From positions 1,798,001 through 1,862,000 of the forward strand of contig NW_027270907.1 in NCBI RefSeq assembly GCF_040938485.1: a stretch of DNA of 64,000 nt, given 5' to 3'. The notes beneath the pieces were generated by a model. That model saw only the letters and a program-made list of their open reading frames with translations, had not been told where the DNA came from and did no database searches. The position numbers and the translations under genes were made by a program. The stretch comes from Diadema antillarum. Its lineage: Eukaryota. This document shows, piece by piece, positions 1 through 12,600 of this stretch; the stretch's first letter is position 1; each line of letters starts with the position of its first letter.

Positions 1-330
1 ATTGAGCTATTTTTTTACACAAAAATTGTTTGATGTGTCTTGAGGAATTCTGGTACAAAAATTTAGCAATCCTCCAGTCTCTTTAATGGAGTTATAGGTG
101 AAAATATGATTTCATGCACAAATCTGCATAATTAATTTATCAAAAATAGAAAGGCAATATTTTTCTATTGTGTGACAATGTAATCTTGTAGTTGACATCC
201 AGCTCTATCTTCAGGCAAAATTTCGCGGCAATCGCGCGATCGGCGGCCGAGATCTGAAGGGGGGGTCAAATTGACTGACCCCCCCTCAGTAAAAACTTGG
301 TCTCAAATAGCCCAGTTAGAATAGGGTTAA
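1..330. mobile_element. End of a piggyBac-like non-autonomous DNA element (left part outside the window)
   Basis: Ends ...GCCCAGTTAGAATAGGG followed by TTAA (327-330), i.e. a CCC-type terminus plus TTAA target site typical of piggyBac elements; subterminal GGGGGGGTCAAATTGACTGACCCCCCC palindrome. The other end is not visible. Confidence 0.55.
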
Positions 331-867
331 AGGTACAAGAAAAATGCACACAGACTAAAGAACAGCGCATCACTGTGTGCATATGATGGTAAGCATGAAC
401 AAAAGCATCAACCATGCTGTTCATGTGAATGTTGATGTTTAGATGCATTTCCTCCATAGATCAAAAGGTGGGGATTATGATCAAGTGTGAGAGATGGTAC
501 ATGTATCATAACTGTGTGCAAGGATCTATTTTATTTCCCAGAAAATGTTGTGCTGCATGATGACATATTAGTAAGAGGATCCCCCTCCACCAAAAAAGTT
601 AAAGTGTTGCATGTGCATTGATATAGGAATTACATATTGGCACATACTGATTATCACAACCATGATGGTTTTTGTTTATGATCTTTCATTTTATCAAATG
701 CAGTCGTCATTATATGAACAGTAAAGCTTCTAATAATTCCTGTTTGGCTTTTGAATCAGAATCATTATTCTCAACTACATCAGAACAATTTCCCTAGTAG
801 CAATACAAGCAATATCAAATTTGTGCTCCTAGTTAACATGAAAAATGTGATGTATATCATTCCATAC

Positions 868-3800
868 CTCTTGAATTCCTGAACACACAAGTTTGAAAGG
901 GCGCTGGTAATGTCATCTCCTCCACACTCATGATGTGTCTTTGAGGCCTCAATCCTGTAGAGGCCATTTGTCACATTGACAACTGACACACTCACTGTGC
1001 TGCCTCCAAGTCTGTACACTAGCACATTACTGGAAAGAACCACAAAACCAACATCTGGGTAAGCTGACAAATGCTGTAACAGCACATCTAAAAGGTCAAA
1101 AAAAGGTATGGCCCAGCTCACAACGACATGCATTATGTCAACCACAATAATATTTTTAACCTCCAAACTATAACTATGTAATCATGACTATGCATCCAGA
1201 TTTCAAACAAATAGAACACCACTGACATATATCATCATTGAACATTTACAAACACTTGTGTTTCTGAAGATGAGTGAACTAAATCACTCCTTCATCTAGA
1301 ATAATTGATGGCACTACAGTCCAAACTCTCTAATCCGGACATGTGGGGACCGGGGCTCATCTGCATGAGGGATTTGGTGGGATATGGGAGACTTAATGTT
1401 TGATACATGCAGCTGCCTACCCAATGGTAGCTACATGTTACTTATTGCAGGTAGCATATACTCATACTCTTTCTTTGCTACAAGTGCAAAATTATAGGCA
1501 TTTCTCTTTTTTTTTTTTTAATAAAATGAAAATAAATTTGTTGTCAAATAATATGTAATTCATGAGAGCTTGTGTAGGAATTTTTTTAAAGTTTAAAATC
1601 CCCCCTTTTCCTGTAATTATTAGATTGAAAAAAAAAAGAAGCAAACAAACAAACAATCATGGTAAGATTGCATCCGGATAATAGAGAGATCCGGATAAAG
1701 GGAGGCCAGATAAGAGAGGTTGGACTGTACTTCTGTTAATGACAGGTGATATAGGCATACCATGGATCATGAAGCTTTGTAACCCCGATGCTGTAAGCTA
1801 GAGCTGCTGCAGAAGGCTCACTGATTAAGCGTAAGACATCAAATCCTGCCACTTCTGCTGCTTTCCTGCCAAACAAAGAAAAAATACCACATAATTATCA
1901 AATATTGCTACATTTCTTTACATGTATTTCTCAACTACCCACAATGATAAGAACTTCCAGGAACATTAGCAAATTGGATGATTTCTTGTGCTCATTTCTA
2001 TCACTCTCAATGAAACTGAAACAAAAGAATATATTGTCTGCAGCTGTCATGCCAGTTTCACACAAAAGCATGAGATATCTGTTGTTTCACTGTTTCATTT
2101 GGCACTGCAGATTTATATCAACATTGATGTGCAGGGTGGTATATGAGGGAGTTATGCATAATATCGTAATGCCTTGCCAACGATTTCGTTGAACATTAAC
2201 GTGGTGTCACCGGAAAAAAAAAAAAAATGACATCACATAGACAATAGAAAACTTGCCAAAGAGCCAAATGTGTCCATTAAATTCTAGAAAACATACATGT
2301 AGCTCAAGATCTATTCTTAGATCATAGCTCCTTTACTGATAACCATTCAAGAATATTCCATTAAGGATAAGGTCCATCTCAAACTCAAGAGAATCCTAGG
2401 TCCTTGAGAGGGTGCTGGACCCCAGCTGCACGAGACTTTGCAATTCATACTTGTGATGCCTGTGGTGAATACAATTTCAAGATCTCTTTCCAGTCATCGT
2501 GCTTAAATTTGCAAGTTGTGGACTACACTGGACATGTGTCATAGCGTGTATGAACAATAATGAACAATACTGCTATAACTGGACAGAAAGAACAGCTGGT
2601 ATTTAGGCTCTAATGATTTTTTAGAAAGCTGTATTTAGTTTAATAATATATCCTCTGCTATCAGTTGGGATTTTGTCATAATTTCTACATATATGGGAAT
2701 TTATCAACAAAAAAGATAAGCTTAGAAGCAGACATTCGTACACAGAAAGGGGCATGGTAAAGAAAGGCAGCTTCACTACAGTGCACACAACTACAGCAGG
2801 TAAACAGGAGATATCCTTATTAAAGAGGAAATCCACCCCCAAAATAAATAAACTTAAAAAAAAAAGAAAAAAAATTCCCTACAAAGTGTTCCAAAAATGA
2901 CAAAAATCAGATAAGAAGTAAGGAAGATATGACATTTTGAAATTTCACATTTCTTAAGAAAACATTTCTTGACCAGTCCATATTCAAATGAGTGAGTTGA
3001 TGATGTCACACCGTCACAATTTTTCATGTACATCATACATGAAATTCTGACAAATTTTCATTTCCATCTAATACAGGTACAAACATATTCCCATACCAAA
3101 ATATATCGGAGTGAACATTTCTTTTTAATTTGGGTGGTATTTATAAGGCTGAAATATGAGATTTTTTGTAATTTCATATAATGAAATGAATAGGAAAATG
3201 TGAGTACATGACAGCATCAACTTGCTGATTTAAATATTCATAACGACTGCTCAAGAAGGGTTTTCCAAAGAAATTTACAAAAAATTCAAAATGTCTTATT
3301 TCTTATTCAATTTTGATCATGTTGCACTGTTCTGCAGGGATTTTTTTTTTCGCTTTCTTATGAAATTGATACAATTTTGGAGTGGATATCTTCTTTAGGT
3401 CAACTAATCATTGATACCCACCTTACTGCATCCCTTTGTTGGCCTGAGAAATCAGCTGGTACTGTTAGGACCGCACTCTTTACACTTTTGCCTCCCCCAT
3501 GCTCTGCAATTTCTGTTCATGATAGATATGACAATACACTGTTAATGCCATCTAATTAAAAAAGAATATAAAAAGTTTTAAGGAAAACGTGACTGAGTTC
3601 CCATCACATGTAGCAATAACTAAACTGTCTGATTTTTCTTAAGTTTAATCAGCTCTTTGTTTTTGCAGTAGCATTGCATAATAATCTTACATCTGTGGGT
3701 AGCTAAAAAATAGCTTTGTGGCTCAGATTCAGAAATTTCACAGTTTAAAACAAGTTTGAAATATGACTAGTGTGAACAGAATCTCATTATAAATGTGAAA

Positions 3801-5663
3801 AAAAATGCAATACAGAAAACTGTACATTTTGTCTTTGAACGATCAGCTGCTTGGCTGAATTGAAATTTGAAGTTTGTTTGCATTGGTAATATAGACAGAA
3901 TTCACAGTTGGAAATCTGATACAAAATACAAAACAAACGTTGCAAAGAAAGAATAGGATGTTAATCACTTTAGAAATTACTGTTATACATGTATAATTAA
4001 GTCATGGAAAAACAAGTTTTGTTTTTGTTTTGTTTTTAACTATAGGATTATATTGGTTGTGGACCCAGTGTACATGTACTTTAATACAATCAAGATTATT
4101 CTATTGACATGCAAATGCAAACAAGAATGAACCTTTCAATTTCTTAAAGATGAGGACAGCAACTTCCAGAGAAGAGATGAGTATCTTCTTGTTGTTAAGT
4201 TCCACCTCAAAGCCTGCCAGGCCCTGTTTGTCTACCACTCTGAATGCAGATCTCTTCTTCACAGCTAGGACCACTTGATCTTCAAAAGACCTTCCTAACA
4301 GGTGTTTGACATGCATCACAGTGTTTACCGGGTTGCGCAGTCTTCCTTGCTTTGCAGCTAGCCCTACAACCTGTCAAACAAAGTCCAAGAAATAATCACC
4401 AATGCAAAAATCTTGGAATCATTTTTGTAGTGCCTCAAGCAAAGAGATTTCCATCTTGATGATCCCAGAGATGCAGTCAAAAAGTATTGTAATCATGTCT
4501 CTCCATCTTTCACATGTGGGTTAGTTTCAAAAGGTTACTCCTTATTCAGGAAGTGAAAGTCAAAGATTCTTACAACTGCATTTCAGCTTTGTGATTTACT
4601 TACTATTTTCAATTTAGTGGTCTTCATATTGCCAGATATCGCACAGTTATTCAAGGACTGACACTACCACCAGCACCAGCAAGGACAAGTGCTTATCTAA
4701 ATCCCAAAATTTATCAGGACCCCATTGCACAAAAGATGCAATCAAACATTAAGTCAGAAAATCAAACTACAGTGCAAGTCAAATATCAGCCAATTCATAA
4801 CATGTTGCACCACAGACAAGGTGCCTTGAGGTACCCGGTATCTGTCGTTAGTCCCTGGGGTCAGCAAAGGTCATTCATTGTTCCCAATGAGCAGAGTGAA
4901 GAAGAGTGGATAAGTAGAGGGAATGTATTTGAAAAAAAAAATATCCAAATTGGTTTCTTTGCATTTTTGCTTTTCGGACAATGATCAATCCATGCAGTAT
5001 ACATGTACTGTATGTCAGTGCACAGCATATCAAACCATTAAAACTCCGGTAGCAGATCGACACAACATACCTTGTCATTGTCACTGAAGGCTACCACGTT
5101 TGGAGTAGTTCTGTCACCTGCATCATTGGCCAAAACTTCAGTTTTTTCATCCTGCCATAACAAAGTGCAAAACACATTAGGAGCCGAAATGATAATCGAA
5201 AGTATGGTGGCTACTTCCTCAGTATAGTGTCATCAGTTATGTGTAACCTGGCACATACATGATGTACTCATAGAGGAATAGAGAAGAAAGAAAAATAAAA
5301 CCACACCTTAACACTGTGAAGGGGAATGACACCCCTCCAACTCCATGATGCAGATAGTTTGTTTGGTGGTGTGTACCACTGTATCTTCGTTCTTATTTGG
5401 TCCCAAAATATCATCGGTCCAATGTCCTACACAGCTACAGCACTAAAATGTACCCACACCACTGGCCATCACACTAAGCAATAAGATGTCATACATATAC
5501 ATCTTATTCTTGCCACCTCTGTGCGGGCGTGGCTGCTGGCCATTGATCGTGAAAGCAGAACCAAACTTCTGCCCTTTGGATAGAATGTACTTAGTAAGAT
5601 TTTCTCTGAGAAACTCACAGTTAAAGAGACAAAAGTTTGAGACAAGACCACCCCCCCCCCCAA

Positions 5664-5703
<40 letters not shown>

Positions 5704-8700
5704 TATCTGAAATAAAAAATCATATAAAAAATGAGAAAAGACAATTAAAGCAAAGTGAAAAGCACTGAAAGAAAAAGTGGTCTAAAATGTATGGTCAATT
5801 TAGTGATTTTCATCATACATGTAGATCATGTAGCTGTATGCATGTACTGTATAGATCTATGCAGTCAACCTTTCTTTCCAGCAATGGCTACATCTACACA
5901 GTCATACACGACCCTGGGGTGCTCTATTCCTACAGTTGTGGAGTTGTACTGAGGGAGCACCCTGAGAGTGAACAGCATGCTACATTGTACATGTATCTTT
6001 GTACAATGAGAGAGAGAGAGAGAGAAAGGAAAAAAAAAAAAAAAGAATTTCATAAATTCAGGAACTTAAAAGTGCACCATGTGTCTCTATCAACAGGGCA
6101 CTGTGCCCTGTTGCATAAAACCCTTACCGCTGGACTTACTGCTCCTTTCTAGCGGTAAGTCTTCAAATTAGCGGTAAATTTTATAATCCTTGATGCTGAT
6201 TGGCTGTGATGCCTAATTTTGACGGTAGTTACCATTGAAATTCAATGGTAAGTTTTATGCAACAGGCCCCTCAGAAATTCTGGATCTATCTAGACACGGT
6301 ACCCAGTCGTCTACAGTCTACGGCGGCTTTTGCTAAACAGTCGAGTCGCAGGTGTGGCGCAGCGCGGCTCACTGGGGCTAATTTAGCTCCAAAATGCTGT
6401 ATGGTGTCTTCAGGAAGACACATTGAAAACAGCCCATATTCATTACCGGCTTGCAACGAATGTACGCCATGCATCAAAACATTGCTTGGGCAAAATGCTT
6501 TTGGTGAAAGATGATTTAAGCCTTTCAAAGAATCGGAGATTAGAAAGGAATGGCGCAAAAGTACACAAGTGCCGAATTCACGAATAATGCATTTATTGGC
6601 ATTTAGATTAAGGTAAAGATCACAAATAAAATGGGGATCCTTGTTTAAGCAATGCCACAAAGATGTGTTGTGTCACAAATGAAGATCCAAGCTCCATTAC
6701 AATTAATGAATGACTCTAGGCCTATCTGTTATGGAGATATTATGTTTTTACCCTCAGGTTAGATAGGTCTACATGTAAAAATCATGATTCAAAGCGGACA
6801 GAGGGGCTATTCATTATACACATTGCATCCAAAAATGTTGATTCCTTATACTTATTCATAATCTTTATTTTCTGACATTCTTAATTTTTATTTTTTGGCT
6901 TCAATGACTTTTCTGCTTTTCTATTCGTATGCTCGTACTCAATATAGTCTCTCCATTCACTTCCTTATAGGTTTTTTGGCAACTCAAATATTTCTTTTGC
7001 TATGGAACTTAGCATTAGTTTAGCATTTTTATGCATGCTCCAGTCAATGAAGCACCGGCGTGCAATTTTGTACAACATAGTAAATTATACAGTGTTCGCT
7101 GATCACACTTAAGTTTACACTCAGTTCAAGATTCTCACCAAATCAGATTGTGACTCTCTTCAAAATGACCTAAATGAACTGGCAGCATGGTCCAAACGCT
7201 GGCTGCTTGACTTTAATGCTGAGATATGTGTTGTTTACGCATACGTGCATCTTTAGATTGCCAGTACTCCCTTAATGGCAATTACCTACAAGAAGTGACG
7301 AGCCAAAAAGATTTGGGTGTTACTGTATAGTGTAGTGAAACCAGCATTGGAATATGCATCCACAGTTTGGAGTCCATTTACAAAGAAAGACATAGTAGCT
7401 TTGGAGAAGGTGCAGACAAGATGCCTACGTTTATGTAGCATCAAACTCAGACTGGAACCTCTTCAGTTGAGAAGAATCAAGACCGATCTTACAGATACCT
7501 ACAAGCTTCTAAATGGCCATTATAAAACCAAGCCAGATATTTTCTTCTCTAACCCACCCAAAACACTAAGAGGCGACTCTTACAAGCTGTATCACAGACG
7601 CTACAAAACCCAACTTGCTGGCCACTTCTACTCCAATAGAGTGCTCAAGCCATGGAACTCCCTCCCAGATTAGAGCATGTTGTGTCTGCATCTACTGTGG
7701 CATCCTTCAAGAGTAGACTGATGAGAGCCCTTCCCACAGGAATAGAGGGCTAATCAACCAAGTATCCAAGTATCCAATCCAAGTAAATGTCTTGGGAAAT
7801 AACCAACACTAAATTGCTGTAATGTCTCTCTTGCCCTTGTGCTATAAGCTGCCTCTATTCTTTGTTATCATCTGATATTGAACATGAGTTTTAATGTCAG
7901 AAAATGAATCATTGAACACAAAAAGTCATTCTTCGAATTCATTTTCAATCACTTGGCATCCACAATCTTGTAGTGTGACTGTGTGGATGTATAGCTCTTC
8001 AGCTCTTTTTTCTTTTTCTTTTCTAGCTGTTAATCTCTACTTGTCCATCATTCTTCGTCATTCTTATCTGATTTTGATTCTGATTTCAGTTCCCCTTCAG
8101 TTCTATAAATCTAACATTATCTCTATCCTCTCTCCCTGTCAATTCTTGTTTTTCTTCACATTATTCTAATTTCTATCATGTTCTCTCTTATTTCTGTCAA
8201 ATTATTTGTCATGTTATGTGTGATATATCCTCTCATTTATTTCTCATTGTAAATTTATACTTTGATTGGTTTCATTCTGTGATATCAATACTCCTTTTTG
8301 ATGTGTCCCATTAGATGAAGACACCATGCACCATGCACCAAACAGCTTTTTGGGCTAATTTCGCTTCAGCAAGCTGCGCTGTGCCACGCCCACGACCTAA
8401 CTACTATTAAGCGGCATGTATAGTAGGTCTAGTCTAGGTGTCAAACACATCGACACCAGGGCTGCCAACTCTCACGCATTGAGCGTGAGACTCATTTTTG
8501 GTCCTTTCTCACTCTAAAAGTACACTTTTATTTCATTTGCATGCATTTCTATTGATCTCACTCATTTTGACTCCTAAACCCTAAATTATAGCATTGGCCT
8601 ACTGAAGTCTCACTCTCAACTAGTTTCCAGTGTTGGCAGTCCTGTGACACTGTACATTTTTAAAACCAACACCCCTCTAAGCTCTATTTATATCATTGGG

Positions 8701-9233
8701 TGTAAAAGAACGAACTTTCACACATGAGACCACACGCAGCAGTGTTCTTGCATTCTTCACTTGTTGTGGATTTGAATAAAAATTAAGATGCCCAAATTAT
8801 CATTCATAGGTCTGTAGTCTACCCCAACAAACAAAAACAAAACAAACAAAACATTAGAGTGTCGATTTGTTGAACACCCAACTACATGTCATGTACGATT
8901 TAAACTAGTGTCTGGAATCTACACATTGCACACTTTACAATTTAATGAAGTACATTTTACAGTGTTACCAGTGCAATACCAGCTGTACCGGTTGTAAATA
9001 TTACAAGTACACAAAATTAGATACGTGGGACTAACAATTTACTAAACACGTGCGAAGCATTGCATGACTAGCTCGGTTCTATTTTTTCCAGTCCATACGA
9101 AAATAACGCAAACTAGCTAGAATCTCCATGTTTATAAATGACTAATAAAGCCAGTATTTGATAAATCACTTACTTTGTTTATTGCTACACAAGACGTTGT
9201 ACCACCAAAGTATACTCCGATGGAGGCTGCCAT
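868..9233 (-). CDS. HSPA14: Heat shock 70 kDa protein 14 (Hsp70L1, ribosome-associated complex subunit); 5' part, gene continues past the left edge
   Basis: Six GT-AG exons in consistent phase on minus: 9233-9174 (MAASIGVYFGGTTSCVAINK), 5151-5071 (DEKTEVLANDAGDRTTPNVVAFSDNDK), 4370-4133 (VVGLAAKQGRLRNPVNTVMHVKHLLGR...LIFKKLK), 3512-3422 (EIAEHGGGKSVKSAVLTVPADFSGQQRDAVR), 1865-1761 (KAAEVAGFDVLRLISEPSAAALAYSIG...), 1029-868 (NVLVYRLGGSTVSVSVVNVTNGLYRIEASKTHHECGGDDITSALSNLCVQEFKR). About 245 codons. The atypical Hsp70 motifs (G-x-x-F-G-x-T, ANDAGDR-TP, V-Y/F-R/K-LGG) match HSPA14 as I recall it rather than canonical HSP70. Confidence 0.93.
1315..1729. mobile_element. Tc1/mariner-pogo-type MITE
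   Basis: TA-flanked TIRs TACAGTCCAAACTCTCTAATCCGG / CCAGATAAGAGAGGTTGGACTGTA; same family as 26671-27117 and 59624-59992. Confidence 0.8.
5683..5706. repeat. (AT)n microsatellite after poly-C/poly-A runs
   Basis: Directly visible. Confidence 0.9.
7090..7786 (+). mobile_element. 5'-truncated CR1-clade LINE fragment (decayed RT C-terminus, 3' UTR and tail)
   Basis: ORF 7317-7673 has KPALEYASTVWSP, LRRIKTDL and RVLKPWNSLP motifs of CR1 ORF2 ends. Upstream is a degenerate FADD-like stretch (GTGTTCGCTGATCACACT, 7092) with frameshifts. A (CCAAGTAT)n tail lies at 7758-7785. Confidence 0.88.
8457..8644. mobile_element. Short MITE with 13-bp TIRs
   Basis: CAGGGCTGCCAAC ... GTTGGCAGTCCTG (12/13 match); imperfect flanking duplication CGACAC/TGACAC. 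Superfamily not assigned. Confidence 0.65.
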
Positions 9234-9622
9234 TTTGTTGGCCTAATGACCTACGCTACGATTACGTCATGCAAATTTGCCCAATCAGTTAGCGACAAAT
9301 GTATGACAAAGTTGTCCACGTGTAGTAGTTTGAGATCGTACACACTAGAAACCGGTAGGTAGCCTACTACTACATGTACTACTATAGATTGGTGTGTGTA
9401 AATCCGCTTGGTTGCCTTTTAGCTGAGTGACTGACGATGTACACATCACATTGAAATCTGTGGATGAGTATGAGTTGGAGACCAAAATTTACTCTCCACG
9501 TCTGTTATGAACCGACTCGTGCTGCTGCTGCTGTAGATTTGCTGACTTGCCGACTTCAATCATTTTGTTTATAGTGTATTCGTTATAAACGTTAGCCACC
9601 ACTCAAAACAAAGTGAGAAAAG
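9234..9622. promoter_or_regulatory. Bidirectional promoter / 5' UTR region shared by HSPA14 and MANF
   Basis: Divergent ATGs at 9233 (-) and 9623 (+). Contains ATTACGTCAT CRE/bZIP-like site (9261-9270), ATGCAAAT octamer (9269-9276), CCAAT (9281-9285), CCACGTG (9316-9322), ATTGG (9388-9392) and CCAAA-N9-CCACG (9482-9500), one mismatch from the ERSE consensus CCAAT-N9-CCACG. Confidence 0.8.
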
Positions 9623-12600
9623 ATGCAGATTTCATCAAATTTATTCATGTGCCCGGCGCTAATTCTGCTCCTATCAGTCGTGATACAATGTTTGACACTG
9701 ACAGAAGCAAAGCTAAAGGAAGGTGAATGTGAAGGTAAGACTATTAGAGTATTTATAACGAGAGTGGCAGTGCAGTGGGGTGTATAGTAAATTAGCTAAA
9801 TTCCTAACAGTGTAACACGTTAATCATGCTAATCTCTGATATCTGATCTCTGTGCGAGTACTTTAGTTGCTGGCCAATTAGGTCCAGGGGAAATACTAGT
9901 AGTATGATACTAAATTATTATGTTCAATGACATTGATGCAATTGTATGAATGATCAGTTCTCCCTATCGCATATAGCTCTCCGAATCTGAACACGTGTGG
10001 CGCTCTAATTTTTTAACCTTTTGGCTTTAATTCTTGGGATATAAACTTCCGGTTATGAAGGCGCGATGTGTAAATGTACGCTTTTATGCACATTGAACGC
10101 CGAAGTACTAGTATTCACAGTTCGTTTTAAATTCTGTCGAATAAAAATAGAGTTATTTTGTAATCTGTAACTTTACTCTGAATGGGATTCTTCCGCAAAG
10201 TGGCCCCATCCCCCATGAATGCTGGGCCGATGATGCAAAACAACGAAATTATGGAAAATATCTAACAGGTTATAGATGAAGGACGTGACGTGGGTAAACC
10301 GCAAAACCGGAAGTTTACGTCCCAAGAGCAATCGGTCAGATATCGGTATCGCATGGTGATATCACTTGATTTCGGCTATATGCGATAGGGAGAATTTCCT
10401 CTTCTTTTAAGTTTGGTTGGCAAGGTTGGTGCTATATTGAACTAACAGTTCGTAGAAGTTTAAAGTTTATTTAAAGTTTTTTATCCATGTCGATCTCAAA
10501 GCGTGACAAAGGCACCTGACTAACGTTAGAAGTTAGAAGTTCATCGCTGTCTCAAAACTCACAGACCCAAACTATCTCTTCTAGTAATGTAGGCCCTAGC
10601 CCCTACGTACAGTATCCGTCACAATAAAGTTTCACTTCTAACGTTAGCTAACGGAGATTATCGTTAGCTAACGTTAGCTAACGGAGCCGCCGGGAAGTCA
10701 GCTAACGTTAGCTATCGATAACTAACGTTAGCTGACTAACGTTAGCTATCGATAGCTAACGTTAGCTATCGATATCAACTAACGTTTGCTCATAATGTAG
10801 GAGTAGTGAGGGCTAACGTTAGACGGAGAATTTCGTCTGTTCGGAGTTTTATTTTACTGTTCAGTATTACGGTCCTCCTCCGAGCTCCGGAGATCGAGAC
10901 ACACGGAAGGCCGACATAATTTACAACGCTGCGTAGCGGGATGCACCACTGTCCCTACACTGACTATACGGACGTGATAGATTGGCAAAATTAATCGTAT
11001 TACATTGTATGTATTATGTCATAAACACATCGGCAATCACGCTCACCGACTGTTCGAAAAAGCGAAGATTTGGGTGTAGTTTTCATGGAAAACACAGCTA
11101 CCAGCTCGCGCTCGTCGACACTGTTTGCAAACTCACGATGCATACAGATACAGTACAATAAATCGTACACTCAACGATCTATCTTGACAGTGAAATGTTC
11201 ATAATGTATAACGTCTTGAGTGCAGGAAATCCCCTTCCCACATACTTCCACCTACCTGTACCAGGGAGGTGCTGCACCTCCCTGCCTGTACCAAGTACTT
11301 AGCTCTGCCAACAGCATGTGTGTGTCGTGTAGTCACGCGCACGTGCGGCGCTTCTGAACTAGTAACTGATTACGGGCGAATCGGTTTCCGTGCTAGAGCA
11401 TCCCACCTGTTGTACAATGTACTTAGCCTTCAGTTTGTATCATTATGTAATTTGGAGGGGGTTCCGTGAAGCCAGACGTACCAGTGATGCCCACGCCACG
11501 GAAAATATCCCCAACGATAATAATACTGATACAATGTCAATGTATTTCGGTAGCCCAGCGACCTCCGTGATATAAAGTAGCGTTCCGTGTACTGAAAAAC
11601 ATTATCAACGTTTGTATAGGACTATTTTTTTCCCCATAATCTGTTATTGATTCCATATTCAAAACAATTTCACAACAAATCAAATCACATGTATTACAAA
11701 ATCCACGATTTAGCATGACATAATTATAATGAAATCAAACCAAGCTGTACTTTCAGCAGAAACAGTACATTCGTAAAGAATGTACAATGCACCAGAGAAA
11801 GAAAACATCATACACTGCTTACTTACTTTCGTTAAAATCAAATCGAACTGTACTTTCAGCATGACAGTACAATGTTAGGCCTAATGTTAGAACTAATGTG
11901 AGGCCTAACCGATACTTGGGGTGAAAAGCGGCGGTTCGCCGGGCAGACCGATCGAGTGTATCGCCATTTTATTAGGTGATCCGAGTATTCAAATTTTTTT
12001 TTTGGACATTTCCCTGTCTTTTTTTTATTTCGATGTCGTTTCCGATCTTCATTGTGAGATCGGCAAGGCATTTTTTCTCTCTCTCTCTCTGCTGAGAAGA
12101 TATCGAAGCGTGGATGAGCGTCGGTCCCGTAATTTTGAAATGAATTCTATACCTCTCAATGTGCACCAACACTTTATTTTTTTCTCTCTTTACGATCGCC
12201 AAGCTATTAAAAGTGTTTATACTGAGTATTTACAGGACATTATTTGCACGTTTTCCGAAGAAATATAATTATAACAGTATGACATTTATTTATGCGCGCG
12301 GGTACCGGGTGTAACTTGACAGTAAACGTGCCTAGCATGTTCAATACGCTGTTAATCTTGCAGTTTATTTATATGCTACGGTAGAATGACTGAATATTAT
12401 AAAGACTCACTTTTAATTGCAAATAGTTATGTTTATACCTATACCGAGAAAAAAAAAATTTCATTTTCCTTTTTCTATTAAACAGTAAACGGCATGTATG
12501 AAATACAAAAACCAAATCAGCTAACGTTAGAGAGACAAAACTACATGTCTACCAGGTAGCCAGCGAGTTTTTCTCTGTGTAGGCCGAATTCAGTGGGTTT

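Noticed and set aside
868-9173. Nested Myb/SANT (MSANTD7-like) exon as in the human HSPA14 locus
   Set aside because: No such ORF was recognised in the HSPA14 introns within this window.
9281-9392. Perfect ERSE or ERSE-II (ATTGG-N-CCACG)
   Set aside because: The CCAAT at 9281 is 30 bp from CCACG, and ATTGG at 9388 has no adjacent CCACG; only the one-mismatch site at 9482-9500 has correct spacing.
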